Shown here: positions 1 to 7,525 of the stretch, piece after piece
How the letters are laid out: each line of letters opens with the position of its first letter
Numbering within the stretch: the first letter of the stretch is position 1
Virus record (IMG/VR): IMGVR_UViG_3300009593_000015
Coordinates: 1-64,000 of that record
DNA from: a virus
DNA length: 64,000 bases
Strand: one strand, 5' to 3'
The notes under the pieces: model-generated
Seen by the model: only the letters and a program-made list of their open reading frames with translations
What the model was told of the DNA's origin: nothing
Database searches by the model: none
Program-made: the position numbers and the translations under genes

Positions 1-162
1 ACTCAGACTATAGATCTGTCTACAGCTAATACAGTGGTTAAGGCAACATTTTCAAATTCTGCCACATTCAGTGCTAATGACGTAATTGGGATATCTGTCA
101 ATCCGACAAACAATCATGGCAGAATAAATATAACAGTTGTTTTTGAATTGCAGCCTTTCTAA
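1..162 (+). CDS. 3' end of a CDS entering the window (beta-rich, possibly a virion or fibre protein)
   Basis: Frame 1 is open from base 1 to TAA at 160-162 (TQTIDLSTANTVVKATFSNSATFSANDVIGISVNPTNNHGRINITVVFELQPF). Confidence 0.6.
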   Translation, partial: TQTIDLSTANTVVKATFSNSATFSANDVIGISVNPTNNHGRINITVVFELQPF

Positions 163-163
163 T

Positions 164-258
164 ATGATTACGTTAACTGAATTTGCTGCAAACAAAATTA
201 AAACACTTCTCGCCGAGAAAAAAGAACTTGCGGTTGCGGAGAGAGTTTCTCCATATAA
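164..258 (+). pseudogene. iscA: Internally deleted, frameshifted duplicate of iscA
   Basis: 164-226 matches 1605-1667 and 227-258 matches 1888-1919. The 220 nt between AAAAAGAA microhomologies (1660-1667 and 1880-1887) are missing. There are a few substitutions versus the intact copy. Confidence 0.92.
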
Positions 259-303
259 GAACTAATTATTATTATGAAGCATAAACTTATAATGGAAAAT
301 TGG
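227..303 (+). repeat. Direct repeat of 1888-1964 (iscA 3' end, ACTAATTA motif and first 10 codons of the next gene)
   Basis: Near-identical sequence ending in ...AAGCATAAACTTATAATGGAAAATTGG in both copies, after which they diverge completely. Confidence 0.93.
261..268 (+). promoter_or_regulatory. Candidate late-promoter motif ACTAATTA, 5 nt before ATG
   Basis: Same octamer at the same 5-nt spacing at 1922-1929 and 3336-3343. No Shine-Dalgarno sequence. Confidence 0.6.
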
Positions 304-1563
304 CGACGGTTTTTGAAAGAAGCATCAGAAGCTGAAAATCAAGAAATATCACTTAAATTTTACAGAGATCCAACTGACAAAAGAGATTATGACAAGGAAC
401 CATTAACTGATCAAGAGATATCTTTACTTTCTAGTGATACTTTAAATGGCTTAATCGCCCGCAAAGCGTTGTTAATGCACATCTATGTTTACAGTGAGTT
501 GCCAGACATGTCTCCTGCTGTTAATAACATGGTTGTGGACACAGCAGAAGAATATGGAAAAGAAATATCAAAGAGAGCTGAAGAAGTGGATTGGAAACCA
601 GACTTTTCGGACAAAGAAAAAGAAGGCAAGCAAGAGACTCCTCCTCGTGCTGAGTATGTTCCATATCCTGACAATGAACATGGTCAAAATCCAGACTGCT
701 CCAGATTATCCGTCGATCCCTTGTCAGGCAACCCAAGAGACCCCAGTGTTGAATGGACATCTGAGGAATGTAGCGAAGAAGAAATGAGCAGAAATTGTTG
801 GGTCAATCTATTGACTTACAATATATTTCAAAGAAGGTCTGATCCGGTAGATATAGCTTTCACGTTCCTCAATATTAGCAATAGGTCTTACAAGGACGTG
901 TATTATGAAATATTAGACTCCTCAGGTTCTCCTGTTTCATATGAAGACCTATTTGAGCAGATGATGACGGAACAATTTGGAATAGATAAAGAATTTGATG
1001 GTGTTCCTGTCGGACTAATTCGTCACGAAGGCACTTTGGGCTTCCGACGAGTTTGGGAAACTGCGCGCTTCGATTCTCGCAGCGGAGAAAATTATCAGGG
1101 CGACCCCAATATTCATTATTCGTTTTGTCCAATTCCATCCCACTTGCATTCAAGTGAAACAAAACGAAAACTATCGACAGCACAAAAGGGCACAAAGCTA
1201 TTAATACCTTGGAAAGACCCATCTGGAGAGCCATATATGATCAGGTTCACACAAAAACCCAGTCACCCTTCTACTCCCGAACTTCCACCAGTACCAATAA
1301 ACGAATTGGGTAATCAAGGCATCGGTAGCAGAACGCTCGTAAGGGTTCCTACTGATTATTACGCTATAGACGCAGATCTTAGTGGTTTGTCAGATGACCA
1401 GTGGGATGAAATAGAATCATCACAAGAAAAATATATCCAAGCAAAAAAATCACCCTTCGTTGGCTTAAAGGTTGAAGATAGTCAAGTGATTGAGTATGAA
1501 GATTATAGTGAAGACGCTATAAAAGGATTTATGTGGAACTTCATGTTTACTATGCCTAGGTAA
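274..1563 (+). CDS. Acidic hypothetical protein with N-terminal MKHKLIMENWRRFLKE leader
   Basis: 429-aa ORF. Leader shared with 1935..2420. No confident domain. Confidence 0.8.
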   Translation: MKHKLIMENWRRFLKEASEAENQEISLKFYRDPTDKRDYDKEPLTDQEISLLSSDTLNGLIARKALLMHIYVYSELPDMSPAVNNMVVDTAEEYGKEISKRAEEVDWKPDFSDKEKEGKQETPPRAEYVPYPDNEHGQNPDCSRLSVDPLSGNPRDPSVEWTSEECSEEEMSRNCWVNLLTYNIFQRRSDPVDIAFTFLNISNRSYKDVYYEILDSSGSPVSYEDLFEQMMTEQFGIDKEFDGVPVGLIRHEGTLGFRRVWETARFDSRSGENYQGDPNIHYSFCPIPSHLHSSETKRKLSTAQKGTKLLIPWKDPSGEPYMIRFTQKPSHPSTPELPPVPINELGNQGIGSRTLVRVPTDYYAIDADLSGLSDDQWDEIESSQEKYIQAKKSPFVGLKVEDSQVIEYEDYSEDAIKGFMWNFMFTMPR

Positions 1564-1569
1564 TTATTT

Positions 1570-1598
1570 TTGACATCATCTTATTTGATTGGTATAAT
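1570..1598 (+). promoter_or_regulatory. Consensus sigma70-type promoter for iscA
   Basis: TTGACA (1570-1575), 17 nt, TATAAT (1593-1598). The ATG at 1605 falls at the expected +1. Confidence 0.85.
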
Positions 1599-1604
1599 TA
1601 AAGT

Positions 1605-1919
1605 ATGATTACTTTAACCGAATTTGCTGCAAACAAAATTAAAACACTTCTCGCCGAGAAAAAAGAAACTGGAATCCGCGCTGGCGTACAAGGCGGCGGA
1701 TGTTCCGGTTTTACCTATCAATTAAAATTTGACAACCAAAAAGAAGGAGATAAAATAATAGAGAGTAATGGGGTCAATATTTACGTTGACCCTAAAAGTT
1801 ATTTATATCTAATGGGGACTGAAATCCATTTCGTTGATGAATTGAACCAATCTGGTTTTAAGTTTGTGAATCCAAACGCAAAAAGAACTTGTGGTTGCGG
1901 AGAGAGTTTCTCCATATAA
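1605..1919 (+). CDS. iscA: A-type Fe-S cluster carrier (IscA/HesB family)
   Basis: GGGCSGFTY and NPNAKRTCGCGESF motifs. Confidence 0.95.
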   Translation: MITLTEFAANKIKTLLAEKKETGIRAGVQGGGCSGFTYQLKFDNQKEGDKIIESNGVNIYVDPKSYLYLMGTEIHFVDELNQSGFKFVNPNAKRTCGCGESFSI

Positions 1920-1921
1920 AA

Positions 1922-1929
1922 ACTAATTA
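1922..1929 (+). promoter_or_regulatory. Candidate late-promoter motif ACTAATTA
   Basis: 5 nt upstream of the GTG at 1935. Confidence 0.6.
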
Positions 1930-1934
1930 CTATT

Positions 1935-2420
1935 GTGAAGCATAAACTTATAATGGAAAATTGGAAAACCTTTCTAGAAAAAGAAGAGAAGAAAACAAAT
2001 ATATATTTTTCTGGAAAATGTACTAGATGTGATCCTGATACAGTTAGGAGCGACTACGATTTTTCCACCTGGGAAGCGACGAATGGTGAACTTATAATAA
2101 AACCACACACAGATAATAAAAAATATGAAGAATATGAAGGAAAACTTAATAAGATAATTGGCTTTTCAGCAGGAGCTACAGCGGCGATAAGGCTAAAGAA
2201 ATTCCACCTAAATGCAACACTGGTCCTTATAGACCCCTGGCTTCCAAGGCTTCCAAGAGATTATATAATACCTCCAGATGTGGAATATTACGGCACTAGT
2301 TGTTTTATCGCCAGAACCCCAAATAAAGAAAGGCTACAGAGATCTAAAAAAGAGTGCAAGCCAAAAGAGACAAAATTCGATCATCATATGAAGTATTTTA
2401 AAGATTATTTTGGTTTATGA
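1935..2420 (+). CDS. Small alpha/beta-hydrolase-like protein with MKHKLIMENW leader
   Basis: Nucleophile elbow IIGFSAGA (GxSxG), LVLIDP strand and C-terminal DHH. Confidence 0.6.
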   Translation: MKHKLIMENWKTFLEKEEKKTNIYFSGKCTRCDPDTVRSDYDFSTWEATNGELIIKPHTDNKKYEEYEGKLNKIIGFSAGATAAIRLKKFHLNATLVLIDPWLPRLPRDYIIPPDVEYYGTSCFIARTPNKERLQRSKKECKPKETKFDHHMKYFKDYFGL

Positions 2421-2455
2421 TTAAAAATAAGTTTGGAGTTATATAAAATAAAAAA

Positions 2456-3334
2456 ATGTTTCGACCTATTAGAAATCAGAGCCTTAAGCCGCTAATCGGA
2501 AACACGCCATTAATAAAAATCTCATCGCACATATACGCGAAACTAGAGACATACAATCCCGCAGGATCAGTAAAGGACAGGATGGTTTATTATGTAATTG
2601 AACGCGCCCGGATTTTTGGTAGAATAAACGAGAACAGTATTCTGTGTGAAGCAACGAGTGGAAATACTGGAATTTCGCTTTCGATGTTGGCGGCATCAAT
2701 GGGTCTGCAATGTGTTATATTTATGCCAAAAAACATGTCTCAAGAGAGGAAACAAATGATGAGTGTTTATGGTACTAAGATTATAGAAGCACCAGAGAAT
2801 GACTTTATTGGCGCAATTGCAATGAGAGATCAATATTTGTTAGCAAATGAAAATGCATGGTCACCGAAACAGTTCAGTAACCAACACAATATTTTGTGTC
2901 ATCAGACACAGACAGCACCAGAAATACACAAGCAGGCGATAGATACAAGACATAAATGGTCAGCGTTTGTCCACGGTTCCGGCACTGGTGGTACAATTGA
3001 GGGAGTAAGGAGATATATAATGAACAATAATTTAAAAACAAAAATTTGTTTAACGAGACCAGTAGAAGAAAATCATGGAATTCAGGGCATCTCAGACGGA
3101 AAGGATTTCTTATTCAACTCAGATACTGCTGACCGAATTATTGAGGTTTCAACAGAAGCATCGATTTCTCGGGCAAAAGATTTTATAAGAGAAACTGGAA
3201 TTTTGATAGGCATATCCTCAGGTGCAAATATTTTAGCATCCGAAAAATACGTAGAATCCATGAAGCCTGATGGTATAATAATAACAATGTTGTGTGATAG
3301 AGGGGAAAGATACATGTCAATTTACGACAAGTAA
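2456..3334 (+). CDS. cysK: PLP-dependent cysteine synthase family (CysK/CysM)
   Basis: IGNTPL, KLETYNPAGSVKDR (PLP lysine), EATSGNTG, GSGTGGT, GISSGAN and DRGERY motifs. Confidence 0.9.
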   Translation: MFRPIRNQSLKPLIGNTPLIKISSHIYAKLETYNPAGSVKDRMVYYVIERARIFGRINENSILCEATSGNTGISLSMLAASMGLQCVIFMPKNMSQERKQMMSVYGTKIIEAPENDFIGAIAMRDQYLLANENAWSPKQFSNQHNILCHQTQTAPEIHKQAIDTRHKWSAFVHGSGTGGTIEGVRRYIMNNNLKTKICLTRPVEENHGIQGISDGKDFLFNSDTADRIIEVSTEASISRAKDFIRETGILIGISSGANILASEKYVESMKPDGIIITMLCDRGERYMSIYDK

Positions 3335-3335
3335 A

Positions 3336-3343
3336 ACTAATTA
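3336..3343 (+). promoter_or_regulatory. Candidate late-promoter motif ACTAATTA
   Basis: 5 nt upstream of the ATG at 3349. Confidence 0.6.
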
Positions 3344-3348
3344 AAAGT

Positions 3349-5658
3349 ATGAAATATCTTAAAATTTTTAAAAAATTTCAAACATTCTTAAATGAACAGG
3401 AAAAAGAAAATTGTTCGGGAGTGGAAAACGTAGCTTGCCGCTGCGTTGACAACAGTCAAACTAATCTATCTATAGAACAGGTTCAGGAGTTTCTTAAAAA
3501 AATATATGGAACTGAAGAAGGTACAGGGTTGTCAATATCTTTTTCTGGAAAATTTGGCCACTCTGGCCCTGGAAACGCAGATGGGGTATGCGGCAAAGAG
3601 ACTAGAAATTTTATAATGAAATTTCAGACCGAAGCCGGCATTTGCGCTGACGCATGCGTCGGAACAGAAACAGAGGCTGCAATGAGAAAAAAAGATCCAA
3701 GTTTTTTTACTAGTCTGCCATCTGGCACTACATCATCCACCTCAACAGTGCCCCGAAGGCCGAGCACGAGCTTAAATTCAACTCAATCTACAAGTCAAGA
3801 CAATAGAAGAGATTCTGAAACCGGTGAAGGCCCCCTCTCAGCAACGCCCTCGATAATTGCTTCCTCTGGTGTCACAATATCCATCAAGGCCGCCAATCCA
3901 ACCCCTGGTGGTTATATTTCAGCAGGCCTTGGCAAAAATCACCATGGATATCAAGGAAAATTTGTAAAACCTAAGATATCAACAGACGACGCAGGTATGA
4001 TTAATGCCGTTAATTTTCAGGGCCCATTGAATTCTGCGAAGGGTATTACCGCTCAATCTCACAGAAAAAACACACAATGGGGAAACCCTGTTTTACTTTC
4101 TTTGCTTATAGCCGCATCTGCCCATGTTGTTAATTACGTAGTAAATAAGAAAGAGTCTTTCAAGACGTCGGATTCTATTGAACTTTGGAATGTTTCGAAA
4201 AAACACGGCGGGCCCCTATACAAGCACGCCGGTCACCAATCTGGGTTGGAGTGTGATATAGGCTTCTACAAAAAAAATGGAAGACCTGATATAGAAAGAA
4301 ATGCTGTTTTTTTAGAGTTCCTGTTAAGTCAAGAAGCTGTTGAATCTGTGCTACTCGACAAAACATCAGGTCCTGTTTCTGTTTCAAAGATGAGAGCATG
4401 GATTACGGCTAACAACTTGAAGGAAAAATTTCCAAAAGTCATGAATTCTAATAATAATTCCAAGCCACAATTAGCACCTGCTTCACCGGGTTCCCACGAC
4501 GATCATTATCACATAAGATGCCACTTTCCAGATGGTTCACCGTCAATGTCTGATTATACAAGAGATGAGAAGCTCGCGCAAAAATCAAATCAAATGCCCG
4601 GCGCACCAGTTTCTGCCAGAGGCGGCCCAAGAAAAGTTAAGATAAATGTCCAAAAGACCAAGAGGTACGGTTTCACAAAAAGATATCATTCCCTTCGGGA
4701 CAAAACAATAGACGAAATTATTAAACAATACGGACTCTCATTCTCTTTTACTTTCGGTGTGATAGACGGGGATAACGGCATGCCACAAATCTTAGAACAT
4801 CACAATCAAGAGTCTCCATTTACTGGGGCATCGATGCCTAAAACAATGGCAGCATTAGCACACTTGATAACATATAGTCCTAAGAATCCTGAAAATAAAA
4901 ATAATAAAAATTACAGCCCAGATAGTCAAATCAACGACTGTGAAGTAAAAGCTCTGTTAACTTATTGGAGTCGCGAAAGTGAAAAAAGAAATATCCCGCA
5001 AGGAGAAAAGTGTAAAAAATTTCATGATTCAAATTACACATTATCAGCCATCTCTGGTACTGACAGACGACGTAAAAAGCGCCGACGCAAATACGGATTC
5101 AGAAATAAACTTGGAGTGCTAAGTAAAAAGCAGATCAGAAAAGTTTCAGAAAAGTTTGGAATAACAAAAAAAAGTACTTTCACTTTCGGCGCAAATCACC
5201 AGACCAGCAAAGACATGTTTTTATTCTTCGCCGGTTTAGCCAGGATGGATCAAGAAAAACTATCAAAAATTGACCCTCTTTATACTCTTTACCATGGTGA
5301 TGCCTCAATCGGTGAACCCTCTTATAAAGAAGAGGTAAAGAGTTTAATAGCCATTCAAAAAATGAGAACATACTCAAGAAAAATGACATCCTCAGGTGCA
5401 ATGAGCATTAAGGGTTATAAGTCTTGGGGTAAAGGGGGATTAAGCAACGGGTCAGTCAATTTTGCATGGGTGGTAAGAGGTAGAGACGGCAGAACTTATG
5501 TGCTGTCGGTTTATTCTCTCTTAAAGTGGGAATACCCACTTCCGAAATCAGCATCTCAACAGGAGAAAGCAGATAGAGCAGCAAGGATATATAAAAATAA
5601 TTCTCATGGCTACGATCTAGTAAATGCAGTTTTATATAAATTAATGGAGAAAACATAA
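3349..5658 (+). CDS. Multidomain murein hydrolase: PG-binding domain, MepA-like LAS Zn-endopeptidase and PBP/beta-lactamase-fold domain
   Basis: ADGVCGKETRNFIMKFQ...ADACVGTET (PG_binding_1-like). HAGHQSGLECDI plus HDDHYHIR (MepA H-x6-D and HxH). ASMPKT (SxxK), a possible SxN-like DSNY and WGKGG (KTG-like). Confidence 0.75.
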   Translation: MKYLKIFKKFQTFLNEQEKENCSGVENVACRCVDNSQTNLSIEQVQEFLKKIYGTEEGTGLSISFSGKFGHSGPGNADGVCGKETRNFIMKFQTEAGICADACVGTETEAAMRKKDPSFFTSLPSGTTSSTSTVPRRPSTSLNSTQSTSQDNRRDSETGEGPLSATPSIIASSGVTISIKAANPTPGGYISAGLGKNHHGYQGKFVKPKISTDDAGMINAVNFQGPLNSAKGITAQSHRKNTQWGNPVLLSLLIAASAHVVNYVVNKKESFKTSDSIELWNVSKKHGGPLYKHAGHQSGLECDIGFYKKNGRPDIERNAVFLEFLLSQEAVESVLLDKTSGPVSVSKMRAWITANNLKEKFPKVMNSNNNSKPQLAPASPGSHDDHYHIRCHFPDGSPSMSDYTRDEKLAQKSNQMPGAPVSARGGPRKVKINVQKTKRYGFTKRYHSLRDKTIDEIIKQYGLSFSFTFGVIDGDNGMPQILEHHNQESPFTGASMPKTMAALAHLITYSPKNPENKNNKNYSPDSQINDCEVKALLTYWSRESEKRNIPQGEKCKKFHDSNYTLSAISGTDRRRKKRRRKYGFRNKLGVLSKKQIRKVSEKFGITKKSTFTFGANHQTSKDMFLFFAGLARMDQEKLSKIDPLYTLYHGDASIGEPSYKEEVKSLIAIQKMRTYSRKMTSSGAMSIKGYKSWGKGGLSNGSVNFAWVVRGRDGRTYVLSVYSLLKWEYPLPKSASQQEKADRAARIYKNNSHGYDLVNAVLYKLMEKT

Positions 5659-6155
5659 TGAAGAAAGTTAGAATAAAAATAGTCGAATCAAATACATGCG
5701 ACCCATGTTCCGCCTCTGGAAAGTACCCAGCAGAAAACCCAGCATCTCCGGATTCTACAATGGACAAACACATGCACACTAGTGATTGTGAAAAGCCCCC
5801 TGTTGATTATAAAAATGCTACAAATGGCCAAGAGTCCAGAATGCACAGAACCACATTGGCTCATCTTGTGGCAGACGTAAAAGTATTGCTCGACCTAGTA
5901 AAAGACGAAGATGATCTTCCGGAGTGGCTTGAAACTAAAATAACGAAAGCGGGAGATTATATGTCTAGTGCTGCAAGATATGTAGCGGGGAATATTGCAA
6001 GAGATCAAGGACAGCTCGAAGAACAAGCTATCAAAATAACAGCCGACGTTGTAAAAGGTTTGATCGACAATTTGGAAGTATCGGCTTTAAACCAAGAAGC
6101 GCTTTCTAGTTTGTACGCTGCTTTAAGTGGATTATCTAGTACACAAACTTCTTGA
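5658..6155 (+). CDS. Hypothetical phage protein (DLPEWLETKITKAGDY-type helical domain)
   Basis: 165-aa ORF coupled to the previous gene. The motif is recalled from uncharacterised large-phage proteins. Confidence 0.7.
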   Translation: MKKVRIKIVESNTCDPCSASGKYPAENPASPDSTMDKHMHTSDCEKPPVDYKNATNGQESRMHRTTLAHLVADVKVLLDLVKDEDDLPEWLETKITKAGDYMSSAARYVAGNIARDQGQLEEQAIKITADVVKGLIDNLEVSALNQEALSSLYAALSGLSSTQTS

Positions 6156-6180
6156 CATTTTGTTAATCTTGTGATATAAA
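6152..6180 (+). promoter_or_regulatory. Sigma70-type promoter for tilS
   Basis: TTGACA (6152-6157), 17 nt, TATAAA (6175-6180) preceded by TG. Confidence 0.7.
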
Positions 6181-6189
6181 TAAAATATC

Positions 6190-6792
6190 ATGATTAGAAT
6201 TATTGGAAAAATACCCCCGAATGTTGTTATAGCCTGTTCGGGTGGAGTTGACAGCATGGTAGTGACACACTTTCTCCTACAGGGAAGGAGAAATGTTAAG
6301 TTAGCCTTCTTTAATCACGACACTCTACACAGTAAGCATGCCCAAAGATTCGTTGAAGAATTTGCGCAAGAAAAAAAACTTGATTTGTTTATTGGGGGCA
6401 TAAAAGGGGTGAAAGGTAAAAGGTCAATAGAAGAGTTTTGGAGAGACGAGCGATACAATTTTTTTAATAGGATATCTGCGGATTTTTTAATTACATGTCA
6501 TCATCTTGATGATGGAGTAGAAACGTGGATAATGTCGGCAATGCACGGCCGCTGTAAACTTATACCATACCAAAGAGGTAAAAATATATTTCGGCCCTTT
6601 TTGATGACTTCAAAGAAGACAATTAAGCAATACGCCGAAAATAAAAAATTAGATTGGGTAGAGGACCCGACAAATGCAAGGACAGAATATATTAGAAACC
6701 ACATTAGGCATACTATGATGCCAAACGTACTAAAGGTAAACCCAGGTATAAGAACTATGATAAGGAAAAAATTAATTGAAAGTTATTTATAA
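6190..6792 (+). CDS. tilS: tRNA(Ile)-lysidine synthetase, catalytic domain only
   Basis: PP-loop SGGVDS, RDERYNFF, HHLDDGVET, RPFL, WVEDPTN and RNHIRH. Only 200 aa. Confidence 0.9.
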   Translation: MIRIIGKIPPNVVIACSGGVDSMVVTHFLLQGRRNVKLAFFNHDTLHSKHAQRFVEEFAQEKKLDLFIGGIKGVKGKRSIEEFWRDERYNFFNRISADFLITCHHLDDGVETWIMSAMHGRCKLIPYQRGKNIFRPFLMTSKKTIKQYAENKKLDWVEDPTNARTEYIRNHIRHTMMPNVLKVNPGIRTMIRKKLIESYL

Positions 6793-6818
6793 TATAAGTA
6801 ATTTTATTTATTAGAAAA

Positions 6819-7373
6819 ATGTTACAAATTTTATTATTATCAAGCAGCTTCCTTTTAATGAACCCACTAGGGGTCTCTTGGAACAAAAAATATACAAATT
6901 ATCCACAAATAAGCGATTACAAGTATTATTATGGTAGTGTGCCATGGGGGCAAGTGGTATATATTGGAAAAGAAGACATATTGGGCATGGAGTCGGAGAT
7001 ACATTTATTATTTAGTAAGAAAAATTTATCAAAAGCCACGTTAATCCTTGGCCCCATTGGTATCAATGAATGGAATTGTCTGAGTAAATATGTAAAAGTA
7101 AGAAAAATACTAATTCGCAAATATGGAAAATTTAACTTTGTAAAAGAAATAAAAGATCCAGTGATAAAGGATTTGATAACCTCAAGCGCTTGTTATCCAA
7201 TATCTATCGGTCTACGAGAAATAGAAACACACTGGGAGACCAAAGACTACAGGATAAAACTTTCCTTGTTTGGTGAAGATAGGGACTTTTTTATAGAAAT
7301 AGATTATATGCATAAAAATAATAATTTACATCGACTAGAAAGTCAAAAAGATAAAATTATTAAAAAGTTTTAA
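6819..7373 (+). CDS. Hypothetical protein, possible signal peptide
   Basis: 184-aa ORF with a hydrophobic N-terminus. Confidence 0.65.
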   Translation: MLQILLLSSSFLLMNPLGVSWNKKYTNYPQISDYKYYYGSVPWGQVVYIGKEDILGMESEIHLLFSKKNLSKATLILGPIGINEWNCLSKYVKVRKILIRKYGKFNFVKEIKDPVIKDLITSSACYPISIGLREIETHWETKDYRIKLSLFGEDRDFFIEIDYMHKNNNLHRLESQKDKIIKKF

Positions 7374-7425
7374 TTGAAAAGTCGAATGACTTGTGATATT
7401 GTAATATATATTACATGATATAAGA

Positions 7426-7499
7426 GGGCCTATAGCTCAATAGGTTAGAGCAGCGGTCTCATAAACCGCCGGTTCCTGGTTCGAACCCAGGTAGGCCCA
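7426..7499 (+). tRNA. tRNA with CAU anticodon, probably tRNA-Ile2 (lysidine)
   Basis: Acceptor stem GGGCCTA/TAGGCCC, D-arm GCTC..GAGC, anticodon stem GCGGT/ACCGC with loop CTCATAA (CAT at 7460-7462), T-arm CCTGG-TTCGAAC-CCAGG, discriminator A. CCA is not encoded. It has C4-G69 and C5-G68 pairs and sits near tilS. Confidence 0.93.
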
Positions 7500-7525
7500 C
7501 TATAGTTTTAAAAAGGAGTATAATT

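Noticed and set aside
164-303. Assembly artefact as the cause of the iscA/leader duplication
   Set aside because: The copies differ by several substitutions and by a microhomology-bounded deletion. Read mapping is still needed to confirm.
4710-5658. Antibiotic-resistance beta-lactamase gene
   Set aside because: There is no signal peptide, the motifs are divergent, and it is fused to peptidoglycan-binding and endopeptidase domains. A wall-hydrolase role is more parsimonious.
7426-7499. Initiator tRNA-fMet
   Set aside because: Positions 1-72 are paired (G-C) and the anticodon stem lacks three consecutive G-C pairs. Elongator Met is not fully excluded.
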